Of a DNA stretch of 64,000 bases, positions 23,915-35,569 are shown one piece after another. The notes under the pieces were generated by a model. That model made no database searches and was not told where the DNA came from. It was given only the letters and a program-made list of their open reading frames with translations. The number at the start of each line of letters is the position of its first letter. The first letter of the stretch is position 1. The DNA is from Eledone cirrhosa (lineage: Eukaryota): contig OZ024743.1 in NCBI GenBank assembly GCA_964016885.1, positions 28,148,001 to 28,212,000 on the forward strand. The letters run 5' to 3'. Both the position numbers and the translations under genes were made by a program.

Positions 23915-26900
23915 TAATTTCATTCTTAAGCCACGCAATGCTCACATTAAGGAACCACTCATGATAATAACAATTTAAAAAATAACAAAAAAAGAAAACC
24001 CCGTGACCAGGAAATACCGAGATGGCGGCCGGCGGGGAATAGCCGTGTCTCTAAAGGAGGACGACCCCGCTAGTCTTCGTTGACACTCGTCCTAGAAGTG
24101 GTAACACGAAATGATTACCCCTTGGCGGTTAAGGATAAAACGCGACAAAATAAAGTAAATGTCAAATGATAAAATCTCATACCGGATCGGCCGTCACCCG
24201 GGTCAAAAAGAGCCGCGTCCCTCAAAAAGGAACCAGACTGGGGTCGAAAAATCAGCTAATGGTTCAAACCTTCCCATCACTTCGGAGCTGGAGACCTCCC
24301 ATAACTGGAATACTCCTACTGTTGGCCATCCATGCCCACCACAAAGAAATCCAAAGAAAAAGAGAGAAAAATGGTCAAGGGAAGACAATAAAGAAGTCCT
24401 TGAGGCTTTCTACACTGCCATGTACTACCCATCAAATAGATCGAATACAGAATAGACATATATCAACTGGAAAAAGAAACATCCCGAAAACAGAGGCTAT
24501 ATTGACAGTAACAAACTAGCCAATATACGAAGAAATATTGTTAACAAATAGTTACTAACTGATATAAAAATTGATCAGATCAAGCTATTAGCACAAAGTC
24601 AGCGAAGGGAAAATGAAACATGTGTCAGTGAAAACGAGGTAAATTGTAACCCTTCGAATCCCAGGGTTGGGGCGGAATCACTGACAGCAGAACAAATTAA
24701 AGAAAGGATTGAAAAAATGGAGGGAGTGCATGCTCAAGATAAAACTCAAAATGAAAACAATGAGATCATAAATGATAAAGAAATGAATGAGAATGAACTT
24801 GCCAACTTGAAAGATGAAATTATGATCGAATGGATGAAAATGAAAGAATCTGACATGGGGGAACGAGACACCCTCCCTAAGATCCAGAACTCCAAACAGA
24901 ACCAAAAGATAATACACAAAACTAACATAATTCTCAAAAACATTATCATTACAAACAAACTAAACATTACTGATCTAAATCATCTCTATTATGCATCGGC
25001 TAAATCACCACTCACTTATGTGGAGTGAAATTGAAAAAAACAAAGAAATTCCCACAAGAAATCTACTTGGCAAGAGAACATCAATCGCCAAATAAACCTT
25101 CTCCGATCTGACATAGAAATTTTAACAAACTACAAAGTAGATGAACATGTTAAACAAACAAAACTTAGAAAATTGAAAAGAAAATACAGTGTAAAATCAA
25201 CAAGTGACATAGACATGCTGATAGAAATAATCAAGCAAAAAGTGTCGGCCAAAGCTGCTCGTATAAGGCGCTTTGAAAAACGATCTAAATTCTAATAGGA
25301 CAATAATATGTTCAAAAACAACCAAAGAAACTTCTACAAAAAAATTGGCAAGTCAACAATAACTGCTAAATCAATACCACCCAAGGAGGAAGTGCAAGAA
25401 TTCTGGAAAAAGATCTGGGCCGAAGAAAAATTCATAATATACATGCCCCATGTCTAGACAGACAAATGAAAGATACAGCTCACCTTGAGGAACAAACATG
25501 GGAAAATATAACAGTTGAACAGTTGCGTTTGGCTCTTAGAAAAACCAGCAAATGGAAATCCCCAGGAAAAGACAAAATACCAATTTTTTGGATAAATGCC
25601 TTCACAGGGTCTCATGAGCTGTTAGCCCAACTTTACAATGAAATAGTTAAGGATCCAGAAAAGATACCATCATCGCTAGTTAACGACATTACATTCCTGC
25701 TTCCGAAGAATGATGAGACAAACAATCCCCAAAATTACAGACCGATAACACAATGTATAAAATTTTAACATCAGTCCTAACTGAATATACATATGACTAC
25801 CTGATAACAAATGATCTATTTCCCAATGAGCAGAAAGGGTGTAAACGAGGCTCATATGGCTGTAAAGATCAGCTTTTGGTTAACAAAATGATACTGGAAG
25901 ATTGTCATAATAGACACACAAATCTATCAATTGCTTGGATAGATTATAAAAAAGCATTCGATAGTTTGCCACACAGTTGGATTGAAAAATGTTTAAAGAT
26001 TTTCAAAATATCTCCCGTTGTCAGGAGGTTCCTATCATTTAGTATGAAGACATGGAAAACGACACTCCTTTTGAATAATGAAAAAAAAATCACTAGAAGC
26101 TAGAGAAGTTAATATTAATTGTGGAATTTTTCAGGGTGACTCTTTATCACCGCTTTTATTCTGCATCGCACTTATACCATTAAGTAAAATTCTCAATGAA
26201 ACAAAACATAGATATAAAGTCTGACAAAACCATTAATCACTTGTTCTACATGGATGACCTGAAACTATTTTCAAAAAATGATGAACAATTGCAAGGGCTA
26301 TTATCCACTGTGAAGCAGTTCAGTGATGACATTAAAATGAAGTTTGGACTAGATAAATGCGCCAAAGCAACGTTAACCAGAGGAAAGCTGCTGAAAAGTT
26401 CAAACATTAATCTTGATCGGGGGAATGGGATAAGAGAACTTGATCAAGAGGAAACTTACAAATATCTAGGTGTTTGGGAAGGAGACAGAATCAAGCACTC
26501 GACAATGAGGGAAAGGATAATCAAGGAATGTTACCGCAGAGTAAGAGCAATCTTAAGAACGGAAATGCAAGGAATAGAATCGATGCCATAAACACGCTTG
26601 CCATACCAGTAGTAACGTACAGTTACAATGTCATCAACTGGTCAAACACAGAGATCCGTAGGCTCGATACAAAAATTAGAAAATTCTTAACCATGCACAG
26701 AATGCATCACCCTAAGGCAGATACAGATAGAAAATATCTCCCTAAGAAAGAAGGAGGACGTGGGTTAATCCAGTTAGAGATTGCGTTGAAAATTGCAACA
26801 ATTGGATTATCTACATATCTAAGGGAATCACATGATCAAACTCGTTTTGAAACACAAAAGCATCAAAAGATCATACTCCATTACAAAAGAGGCACAAATT

Positions 26901-27928
26901 TACAGTAATGGACTACACATTTCAGAAGTCCCATTTACTGCTGAAATGGAAAACACAGAAAAAGCAAAGCAGGTAAAAGTAACTGCAAAGAAAGAACTGC
27001 TACAAAAACTGGCTAAGAAATGGCAAGAAAAGCCTCTGTATGGAAAATACCCAGAAAGAGCTAACAATCTTGATGTTGACAAAACTTTAACCCATCAGTG
27101 GTTGGCATCCTCTGGACTGAAATCGGAGACTGAAGGACTGATTATATCAGCACAAGATCAGTGTCTGCCAACAAAAAATTACCAAGCCAACATAATAAAA
27201 AATGGATGCAACCCATTATGCCATGTATGTAAAAAGCAACCAGAGACAATTGATCATATAATTTCAATGTGCAGTCCTATAGCTCCAACCGAATACCTAA
27301 ACAGGCATGACTGGGCTGCACAATACATACATTGGATAATGTGTAAGCCTTTTGACCTACCCCATCAAAAGAATTGGTGGGAGCATCAACCACCTCCCGT
27401 ACTTGAAAAGATCACATCTCAATCTTGTGGAACCTTAGCTTCCAAACAGACCGAAAAATAGATGCAAATAGACCTGATATAATATTGAAGGACTTTAAAA
27501 AGAGGGTATGCCTGCTAATTGATGTGTCCGTTCCAATAGACAAGAATGTATGTATAAAAACATTTAAAAAATGAGCAAGTATAAGGACCTGGAGATAGAA
27601 ATGGGAAAAATGTGGAAATTGAGAACTAAAACAATACCAGTGGTTGTAGGCGCTCTAGGAATGATACCTAAGGGGTTTAATGATTACTTATAGCAAATTC
27701 CAGGAAACCCGCGTATAGGAGAAATACAAAAGATAGTACTAATGAGAACTGCCCATATACGAAGGAAGATTCTGTCAATATAAGTACATCACAAGTCTAA
27801 ACACCTAAAGATGCATGTGTGTGAATGTATGTTCTTTCTTGATCATGGCGGACTTTGTTGTCTCTTGAGGTCACTGGTTGTGACTTGGTGATAACACGTA
27901 TGAACATAAAGCAAGATAAATGCAACTG
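23915..27928 (+). mobile_element. Decayed R4/Dong-clade non-LTR retrotransposon (RT plus restriction-like endonuclease)
   Basis: NYRPIT, WIDYKKAFDS, GIFQGDSLSP, FYMDDLK, YKYLG, C..C....ETIDH....C, RHD and NRPDI motifs across frameshifted ORFs 24159-27783. (TAA)n lies at both ends. Confidence 0.88.
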
Positions 27929-27934
27929 TAATAA

Positions 27935-27966
<32 letters not shown>

Positions 27967-28227
27967 ATTTCTTTATTAACCACAAGGGTTTACATAAAGT
28001 AGACATTAAGGACAGTGCAAGACAATGCAGGACAGTACAAATGGGCATTTCTGCGTGTAAAAAAACAAAAACAGAGGATGTAACAAAAATAACAATGAAA
28101 ATAACAATGAAAAATTCCCCAATAGGGGGGAGACTTCGGAGGGACATTTGTGGAGAAAGCCCAGTAAAAAGCCACAATGACCCTGACCACCAAGGCAAGT
28201 GCCCTCTCCCAGTTTTCCACCTTTAGT

Positions 28228-31200
28228 TTACAGATATATACTCAGAGTCGGCCCATTCACTCGGGCCATTCTTGCTTCTCTCACCCATCTTTCAACAAAA
28301 TGCTGGGAAGAGAGCACTTCCCTCTCTACTCTAATTTTCCTTTTCAAATGAAATTTGAAAAAGTCAATCAGAGCATCACCGAAGAGGTAAGTGCTCGTCT
28401 TCAGCCCTTTCAAACGTGTCCACCATACTATCTCTTTCGCCATGGCCACCAGACAGATACAAACTGCCTGCCCTTCCCGGCTAAAGGAGGAGGGCGGGGA
28501 AATCCTCACGATGGACTCAGATGATAGCTGGATCCGTCCTAAACGCGACAGCAGGTGTTCGACATAAACCCACAAGTCAGCAATTTTCGGACACTGGACG
28601 AGTGCGTGCAGGACGGTTTCGTCGCCCTGCGCGCATCTCGGACATGCCCGGCTGACGGCACCTCCATGCCTGTAGAGTTTATCCCGAACTGGCAAGGCTC
28701 CTCGGTAGCACTGCCAGGCCAGAGATTTCTGGAAGTTGTCCATAGGCCCCGACCCGAAAGTTCTTCCGAAGAGATTGGCTAGTTGATTTTCGTCGACGCC
28801 TAGAGTTTCCCCAAGTACGTCGTCGCTCTTAACCTCCACTAATCCTCTATAGAACGCCGAGGTGGAGTTTCCACCGATCACATTGCCCGATTGGTCGAGG
28901 GCTGTGAGCGCCTGAAGACATTCCAGTCTCCAGGCGCTCCCTCTCGGTCTTCGCTTGACCCAGGACTGCAGCTCCGTCAAGGAAACGAGCTGGGGAAATA
29001 CGCGCCTAGCAAACGGCGACCACACCTGATTACCGTCGAGGAAGAGGTGGAGATGTCGTAGCCTGAGCGCGTGCCTGCGCATCATCAGCCACGGCATGCC
29101 CAGCCCTCCACATAGCGGGTGTTGACAACAGATGGACCGCCTGACCCTCGGAGCACGTCCCTTCCACAAAAAGCGAAAAAGCAAACGCTCCAGCGCAGTC
29201 AGGCGAGGCTTAGGACAAGGTACGACGGTCAGGCGGTAGCAGATGACAGACGCGATGTACGCGTTAGCCACCTCCGCTCGACCTTTCAGGGATAGCTTCC
29301 TCTCCGCCCATTTCTGGGTGAGAGAAGCCACCCTGCTCGTCATCTCGTCCCAGTTTTTGTCCGTCTGGAGGTCCGGACCGAACCAGACCCCTAGCAAATT
29401 AACCGGTCCGTCCGTCCAGCGTCCGACGACGCTGTTGGACGGCATGGACCTGCCTCTCCAGGTGCCGAGCTGCAGGCCCACTGACTTTTCCTGGTTGATC
29501 ATTGCTCCTGTCACCGCTTCGTATTCTCTTAGTGTAGTGCCGATCGCCTCGATGTGTTTGGCGTTCGACACCACTACGGTGACATCGTCCGCATATGCTG
29601 ACACGGATCTTCCGCATCCTAGTTCGCGCGGGACTCCCCTCAACGTCTCCAGTTTGTGCAGTAATGGCTCGAGAGTCAATACGTACAAGAGGGACGAGAG
29701 GGGACATCCTTGGCGGACCGAGCGCATGATGTTGAACGGTTCCGACAGGTGACCGTTCACTCTCACCACAGAGCAGATGTCGCTGTGCATGGCAGCGATC
29801 CAGCCTCTGAAGACGGGCCCAAAGCCAGCCGCCCTCAGGACTGCCGCTAGGTAACGATGGTCGACCCTATCGAAAGCTTTCGACTGATCTAAATTGATCA
29901 AGGACCCACCCGTGCCAGGTTCCCTAGCTACCCTCTCTACGATGTATCGCATGAGGTGGAGGTTGTCGTTGATGGATCTGTCGGGAATGGCGCATGTCTG
30001 CGCCTCTCCCACCAGACCACCAACGACAAGCGCCAACCTCTTTGCTAGCACCTTGGCCAAAATCTTAAACTCTGTGTTTAGCAGAGTTATGGGCCGGAAA
30101 TTTTCTATGTTATCCCCCTTGTTCGGATCCTTTCTCAGCAGTGCCACCGCTCCTCGGCTCACAGAACTGGGAATTCTCCCGTTCTGTTGCCAGTTGCAGT
30201 AGACGTCCGCCAAGAGGCCTCCGAACAAGTCTGGCATCTGTACGTAAAGTTCATAGGGCAGACCATCCAAACCAGGCGATTTACCCCTTGTGCAGCCAGT
30301 CATTGCCTCCCTTACTTCAGCGGCTGTTATCGGCTTTTCGCAACACTTCGCCGCAGTGGCCGAGAGCCGCGGCAGTCCGTCGAGGTAGACACTAAAGTCC
30401 ATCCCTCTACCCGGCCCACCGCTGCCCCCGAACAGCTGAGCGAAGTGTCGCTGAAAAGCTTCACACATTTGCCCGGGATCGAGTAGCATGCGCCCGTCGT
30501 GGTCCACCAAAGACCGGATCGTGGCTTTGTTGCCACGACGCGCCTCCGCCACTCGGGCCCATTGAACGGCTTTCGTCCCCTCGTGTCTGAGAGCACGAAC
30601 CCTAGCTCTGACAACGCAGCCTTCGTGCTTTGCATTGAAGAATTGGTGAAGGGCCAATTTCGCCGCAAGCACGTCGGTCGCAATGTCTTTGCTAAGCGCC
30701 TCGTCTAATTTTCTAACTAGTTCTCCCTCTGCTCTATTTTTCTCTATTGCTAAAGCCTTACTAAACCTAATCGATTCTATTCTAATCGCTCTTTTCAGAG
30801 CAAACCACCACTTGTTGTTGACGATGGCCCCCGTCAACGCCCGCTTAACTAGTTCGCTAATCCGGTCTCTGTAGGCCTTGCGCGCTGGTAAGGACGCGTT
30901 TAACTTCCAGTAGCCGGGTCCTCGTCTATGAAGCCTATCTAAGTCAGGCACACAGGTCACGAATTTGTGGTCCGTGTAGCTGACTATCTTGAATTGTGGA
31001 CAGCCTATGCTAGACCTATCTATTTCCCTACAAAATACTCTATCTAGATATGATCTGGATGACCCTATGCGGTTTGTCCAAGTCCACATTGGCACATTCG
31101 GGAAATCCAATCGGTACCTGTCAGACAGTTCAAAACGCCTGAGCAGGTTGGTGAGGCTCTTGCACCCTCCACCCCTATCCGCTAATCCCACACAGTCCCA

Positions 31201-31647
31201 GCGTGCATCTAAGATCCCGTTCCAGTCGCCCACTAACACTAAAGAGCGGGACGTTCCAAGAAAGGTCTCCAGACGCCGGAAGAAATCAGGCCGCCCTGCT
31301 CCTGTCGGGGCATAGACGGCCACTAGCCTGAAAGCTTGCCCGTCTCCACTGGTCACGTCCAGCACCACCAGCTTACCCTCTGGGTCCAGGAAGATGGCCC
31401 GTATCGCGAGATCCAAACCTCTCCGAAAAAGCACAGCAACTCCTCCACCCGATCCAGGACGGCTGGGAGATGCGTACACATCGTAGCCGCCGAAGATCGG
31501 TGCGAAGGCCCGTGCTTCGGAGATTCTGGTTTCGCTGATGGCCACTACATCTATGTTTAGTGACCTGAGGTCGTTGAGCAGGTGACCCTGCTTCCATGAC
31601 GACCCCAAGCCACGCGCATTTATGCTGCCTATTCTGAGTGAGGTCAT
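28228..31647 (-). CDS. LINE ORF2p: APE endonuclease, reverse transcriptase and C-terminal CCHC finger (1139 aa)
   Basis: SINARGL, ISET, GDWN, LDRVF, TDH; FRPITLLN, DQSKAFD, RQGCPLS, AYADD; CPRC...ETVLHALVQC. Confidence 0.96.
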   Translation of the reverse strand: MTSLRIGSINARGLGSSWKQGHLLNDLRSLNIDVVAISETRISEARAFAPIFGGYDVYASPSRPGSGGGVAVLFRRGLDLAIRAIFLDPEGKLVVLDVTSGDGQAFRLVAVYAPTGAGRPDFFRRLETFLGTSRSLVLVGDWNGILDARWDCVGLADRGGGCKSLTNLLRRFELSDRYRLDFPNVPMWTWTNRIGSSRSYLDRVFCREIDRSSIGCPQFKIVSYTDHKFVTCVPDLDRLHRRGPGYWKLNASLPARKAYRDRISELVKRALTGAIVNNKWWFALKRAIRIESIRFSKALAIEKNRAEGELVRKLDEALSKDIATDVLAAKLALHQFFNAKHEGCVVRARVRALRHEGTKAVQWARVAEARRGNKATIRSLVDHDGRMLLDPGQMCEAFQRHFAQLFGGSGGPGRGMDFSVYLDGLPRLSATAAKCCEKPITAAEVREAMTGCTRGKSPGLDGLPYELYVQMPDLFGGLLADVYCNWQQNGRIPSSVSRGAVALLRKDPNKGDNIENFRPITLLNTEFKILAKVLAKRLALVVGGLVGEAQTCAIPDRSINDNLHLMRYIVERVAREPGTGGSLINLDQSKAFDRVDHRYLAAVLRAAGFGPVFRGWIAAMHSDICSVVRVNGHLSEPFNIMRSVRQGCPLSSLLYVLTLEPLLHKLETLRGVPRELGCGRSVSAYADDVTVVVSNAKHIEAIGTTLREYEAVTGAMINQEKSVGLQLGTWRGRSMPSNSVVGRWTDGPVNLLGVWFGPDLQTDKNWDEMTSRVASLTQKWAERKLSLKGRAEVANAYIASVICYRLTVVPCPKPRLTALERLLFRFLWKGRAPRVRRSICCQHPLCGGLGMPWLMMRRHALRLRHLHLFLDGNQVWSPFARRVFPQLVSLTELQSWVKRRPRGSAWRLECLQALTALDQSGNVIGGNSTSAFYRGLVEVKSDDVLGETLGVDENQLANLFGRTFGSGPMDNFQKSLAWQCYRGALPVRDKLYRHGGAVSRACPRCAQGDETVLHALVQCPKIADLWVYVEHLLSRLGRIQLSSESIVRISPPSSFSREGQAVCICLVAMAKEIVWWTRLKGLKTSTYLFGDALIDFFKFHLKRKIRVEREVLSSQHFVERWVREARMARVNGPTLSIYL

Positions 31648-31682
31648 GTTTAAAATAGAGTGGAAAAGATGGGAAAGACCAC

Positions 31683-33779
31683 TTACCGTACTTTTGGTAG
31701 AGGAGGGATGGTTTTTACATCCCTTTTCACTTGATCGTCTGGTGAAGGGACCGTTGAATCGTCCCTTCGGCTGGTCGTCGGCTCTTCTAAGAGAATGTCT
31801 GAGTATACTCTTCGATTGATGGTTCCTCCTAGGTCCCTGAAATCACCAACTGCGTTGGGGAATTTCGTTTTAATGTTTGTGTATTGTTTCTGTGCTATTT
31901 TTAGCAGTCTTATGTTAGTTGGCGTTTTGATTGGTGCTGGTATTATGTAGTCCTGTTGTGAAATGTCTGTGTGTTCAATTATGTAAGTCATTAGTTTCTT
32001 GTTGTGTGTATTTATTGCCGTGCATTTGTTTTTCTGGGGGTGGGGTGTGGTTCTGCTATTTTCTTGTCGTTGTTGCTGGGTGTGTGTGTTTTGTTGTTGT
32101 GTTTGCGATGTTGGTGCTTGTGGTGGTGGTGTTGAAGGTGTTGTTGGCGGTGGGGTTGTCGCCGATGGTGATGGTGGTGCTAGTGTGGGTGGTGATGGTG
32201 TTGGTGGTGTTGCTGCTGTGGGTCTCTTTGCAGTAGACTTTACCCTTTTCTCATTTCTTTCCTCCCTTTTCAAAGGCGACGATGCGCTGCTTCTGCGTTT
32301 GTGCCTTCTTGCGACCTTTTGCCATCCCTCTCCCACCTCACACTCCATGTCTGATTCTGTGAGGTCGGGGAGGGGTACCAGCTCCACTCTTTCACTTGTT
32401 GTTGTTGGTGATGTTTGCACTGGAGTCTCTGTTGCAGCTGCATTTGGTATTGCTGTTGTTGTTGTTAATATTTCCACTGCTGCTGCTGTTTTTGATTTCC
32501 GTGGAGTGGGTATGGGTGCCACGGACCTATCGTTCCTGGTTGCCGCTTGTCCTGTTGCTGGTAGCCGTGGAGCCGGATTCGGAAGGAGGGGGGTTTTCTC
32601 CTTTCTCAGGGTCTTCTCGTTGCAGAAGGCCCTGAGGTGAGTCTTCGATCCACAGCGAAAGCATTTCGGGCGTTTGCCCTCAACACTTATGGGCAGTTGA
32701 GTGCCGTTATCGAAGTCTATCACATCCGGGATAGCTTCGATGCACTCCTGGTTGGTTTGGATTAGCATCTCAATGGAGGAGCCGACCCAATCTTCTCTTA
32801 CTTTTTTCTGTACTTGCAGTACAGTTGTTTTGTCCTCGATTCCGACGAGGACAGACGCGGCCAGCCAAGAAGGGGTCATTCCGGGGGGGACGTGGGTCAG
32901 TTTGACCCTCACAATTTTTTGCCCGCAGTAGGAGGGCACCAACACCATTTCCTCGCTCCTTAGGGTCACTACTGATTGGGCCTTTGCCTCCTGGGGTGTG
33001 GCAAAAAGTACGTCTACGGTGGCATATTTTTTGCCTCGGGTGATGTGCGTTTTCCGCTCCCACACAGACCCCAAGGCTTTTTGTATTTGGGCCTCTGTGG
33101 CTCTTTCCACCCTACGGGATTTTGTACTTACTGTACGGTACGTGACCGTACAGTGCTCTTGGGTTTCGAAAAATTTTTCCGCTGCCTTGCAGATTGCTCG
33201 GTGTCCGTTCTTTGTCACCATCTTCTTCGCTTCCTCTAATTCCTCATTTGTTATGAGGATTGTTTCCAAGTTTTTCGCAATACCTGCAAATGAGATTGGT
33301 TTTTCTCTGGTGTTGTTGTTGTCGTCAGAGCTGCTGGTACTTTTGTTGTTGCTGCAGGTACTACGACTACTGCCTCCGCCGCTGTTGCTGTGGTTGTTGT
33401 TGGTGTTGCTGCTGCTAATGCTGTTGTTGTTTATGCTGCTGGTGATGCTGTTGCGGCTGCTACTGTTGTTTTCATTGTCACTGTTGCTGTTGTTATTACG
33501 GCTGCTACTGCTATTATTCCTGACGTCAGACGAATGAACTGGGTTTTCGTATTTCCCGCACACCTGTTTCGTCGCTGTCGTCGTCGTCGTAGAGAAACCT
33601 TGCACGCTTTGCACGAGACTTTTCTTTTCTTTCGTCACTTGCGAAAGAGAAGGGAGGGAGAGAGACACATTTAAAGAAGGGAGGGAGAGAGACAATCTTC
33701 TCTCTGCTGTAGTGATGATTGAGGAAGAAGAAGACGGAATGAGTGGGAGTGACGTATGAAATTTCTTTTTCGTAGCCAT
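31683..33779 (-). CDS. LINE ORF1p (gag-like nucleic-acid-binding protein with a zinc knuckle, 698 aa)
   Basis: CX2CX4HX4C knuckle CFRCGSKTHLRAFC, with N/S-rich and P/T-rich low-complexity segments. Homologous to the ORF1 pieces at 21604-23566. Confidence 0.88.
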   Translation of the reverse strand: MATKKKFHTSLPLIPSSSSSIITTAERRLSLSLPSLNVSLSLPSLSQVTKEKKSLVQSVQGFSTTTTTATKQVCGKYENPVHSSDVRNNSSSSRNNNSNSDNENNSSSRNSITSSINNNSISSSNTNNNHSNSGGGSSRSTCSNNKSTSSSDDNNNTREKPISFAGIAKNLETILITNEELEEAKKMVTKNGHRAICKAAEKFFETQEHCTVTYRTVSTKSRRVERATEAQIQKALGSVWERKTHITRGKKYATVDVLFATPQEAKAQSVVTLRSEEMVLVPSYCGQKIVRVKLTHVPPGMTPSWLAASVLVGIEDKTTVLQVQKKVREDWVGSSIEMLIQTNQECIEAIPDVIDFDNGTQLPISVEGKRPKCFRCGSKTHLRAFCNEKTLRKEKTPLLPNPAPRLPATGQAATRNDRSVAPIPTPRKSKTAAAVEILTTTTAIPNAAATETPVQTSPTTTSERVELVPLPDLTESDMECEVGEGWQKVARRHKRRSSASSPLKREERNEKRVKSTAKRPTAATPPTPSPPTLAPPSPSATTPPPTTPSTPPPQAPTSQTQQQNTHTQQQRQENSRTTPHPQKNKCTAINTHNKKLMTYIIEHTDISQQDYIIPAPIKTPTNIRLLKIAQKQYTNIKTKFPNAVGDFRDLGGTINRRVYSDILLEEPTTSRRDDSTVPSPDDQVKRDVKTIPPLPKVR

Positions 33780-33994
33780 GTTGTTTTTTGTTTAAAATGA
33801 AATTTTGGGTACAAAACCCCAATAACTGGTTATTTAACCCCGAAGGGCCAAATAACAGACAGAAAGACCCCTCTCACGAGGAGGAGGGTGTCTTTATCAA
33901 CAATTTGGTTCAAGTTTTAAACAATTTACAATTGTTTTAACGGTTAAAAATTACTATACCTTACAGAGCCGAGCCTCCGTCAACCATGGCATTC

Positions 33995-34030
<36 letters not shown>

Positions 34031-34032
<2 letters not shown>

Positions 34033-34319
34033 TTTCTTTATTAACCACAAGGGTTTACATAAAGTAGACATTAAGGACAGTGCAGGACAATGCAGGACGG
34101 TACAAATGGGCATTTCTGCGTGTAAAAAAAACAAAAATAGAGGATGTAACAAAAATAACAATGAAAATAACAATGAAAAATTCCCCAATAGGGGGGAGAC
34201 TTCGGAGGGACATTTGTGGAGAAAGCCCAGTAAAAAGCCACAATGACCCTGACCACCAAGGCAAGTGCCCTCTCCCAGTTTTCCACCTTTAGTTTACAGA
34301 TATATACTCAGAGTCGGCC
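34031..34319 (-). mobile_element. Short 3' fragment of the same Tx1 family
   Basis: Near-identical to 27966-28253. (AAT)n on both sides. Confidence 0.92.
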
Positions 34320-34329
34320 TAATAATAAT

Positions 34330-34885
34330 GATTTCATTTATTAGCAACGAGGGCCGACATGTAGGGGACAATACAAAGACGGACAGTGGGGGGTTTACAA
34401 TAAGGTCGAGTAAAAGTGCACAATGGCAAGACTAATTTCAACAATGAAGATATAAATATATAAAATAAACTATGCATAAATATAACAAAATAAATTCCCC
34501 GATAGGGGGTGGACGACCCTGGGGTGACTCGGGTACCCCACCAATCCTGAACCACCCTGCGCTTCTATGGCACCCAGGGAGAGCACCCCTCTCCCCAAGT
34601 TAGCTACCCTATAGGCGCATTGTCAGAGTAGGCCCATTCACACGAGCCATTCTCGCCACATTCATCCAGCTTTTAGCAAATGTACCGGGGGGGGGGGGGC
34701 AGCACTTCCCTCTCCACCCTCACCTTCCTTTCCAGGTGAAACTTGAAGAAGTTGATGAAGGATTGGCCGAAGAGAAAAGTGTCTGTCTTCAGTCCTTTTA
34801 ATCTGCTGGTCCACCATATAACCTCTTTCGCAACTGCCACCAGACAGAGGAAAATTGCCTGCTCTTCCTGACCTAAGGAAGGCGG
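34330..34885 (-). mobile_element. 3' fragment of a related Tx1 subfamily
   Basis: Homologous to the ORF2 C-terminus plus a different 3' UTR. (AAT)n on both sides. Confidence 0.85.
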
Positions 34886-35307
34886 AATAATAATAATAAT
34901 ATATATTTTATATATATTTACCCATTACAATCGCTGTTTACATATTATTATTTGAAGGAAAGAAACAGACATAGACCGGAAAACACAGTTTATTTCGGGG
35001 GATAAGTTCTGTTTAATCAAAAATCCGACTAATTATTATGCAATCATCTCTGTGGCTGAAGATGTGAAAGGTGCATATATATATTTTAAATATTTTTCCA
35101 ATACAATTCTCTTTTTTTTACATTTCGGTCGATTGTGACTAAATTTCAGATTTTGAAAGGAAAATGGACAGTTGAAAGATCACTTCTCTCTCCCACCACC
35201 ACATTCACAACCACTTCCTCACACATTCACACCAGTAAAACCCCAATTTATTTTTAGACTACTGTCACTGACTGCTACCTACCTCCCTTCTCAGTGTCTA
35301 ATGTGTG

Positions 35308-35441
<134 letters not shown>

Positions 35442-35569
35442 CATACGTGTGTATAAGTATGCACGTGTGAATGTATATTTATGTATGTGTATGGAGCCCA
35501 CACAAAGGACAAACCAAAGGGGAAGAAAAAAAGAATACTAGCATTTACACCTCAAACTCAAAATAAACA

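Larger units (their letters stand above)
27966..33994 (-). mobile_element. Full-length, apparently intact Tx1/L1-clade LINE
   Basis: Two uninterrupted ORFs 35 bp apart, a 3' UTR with an aataaa signal, and (AAT)n tracts on both sides (27929-27965 and 33995-34030). Confidence 0.95.

Noticed and set aside
21887-33674. Long plus-strand V/L/C-rich ORFs (21887-22546, 31999-32640, 32998-33537 and others)
   Set aside because: They are antisense shadows of low-complexity ORF1 and GC-rich ORF2.
27966-34319. ~290-bp direct repeats flanking the Tx1 element, resembling LTRs
   Set aside because: The upstream repeat is a separate 5'-truncated copy of the 3' end with its own (AAT)n tail. The protein is APE-RT, not an LTR-type pol.
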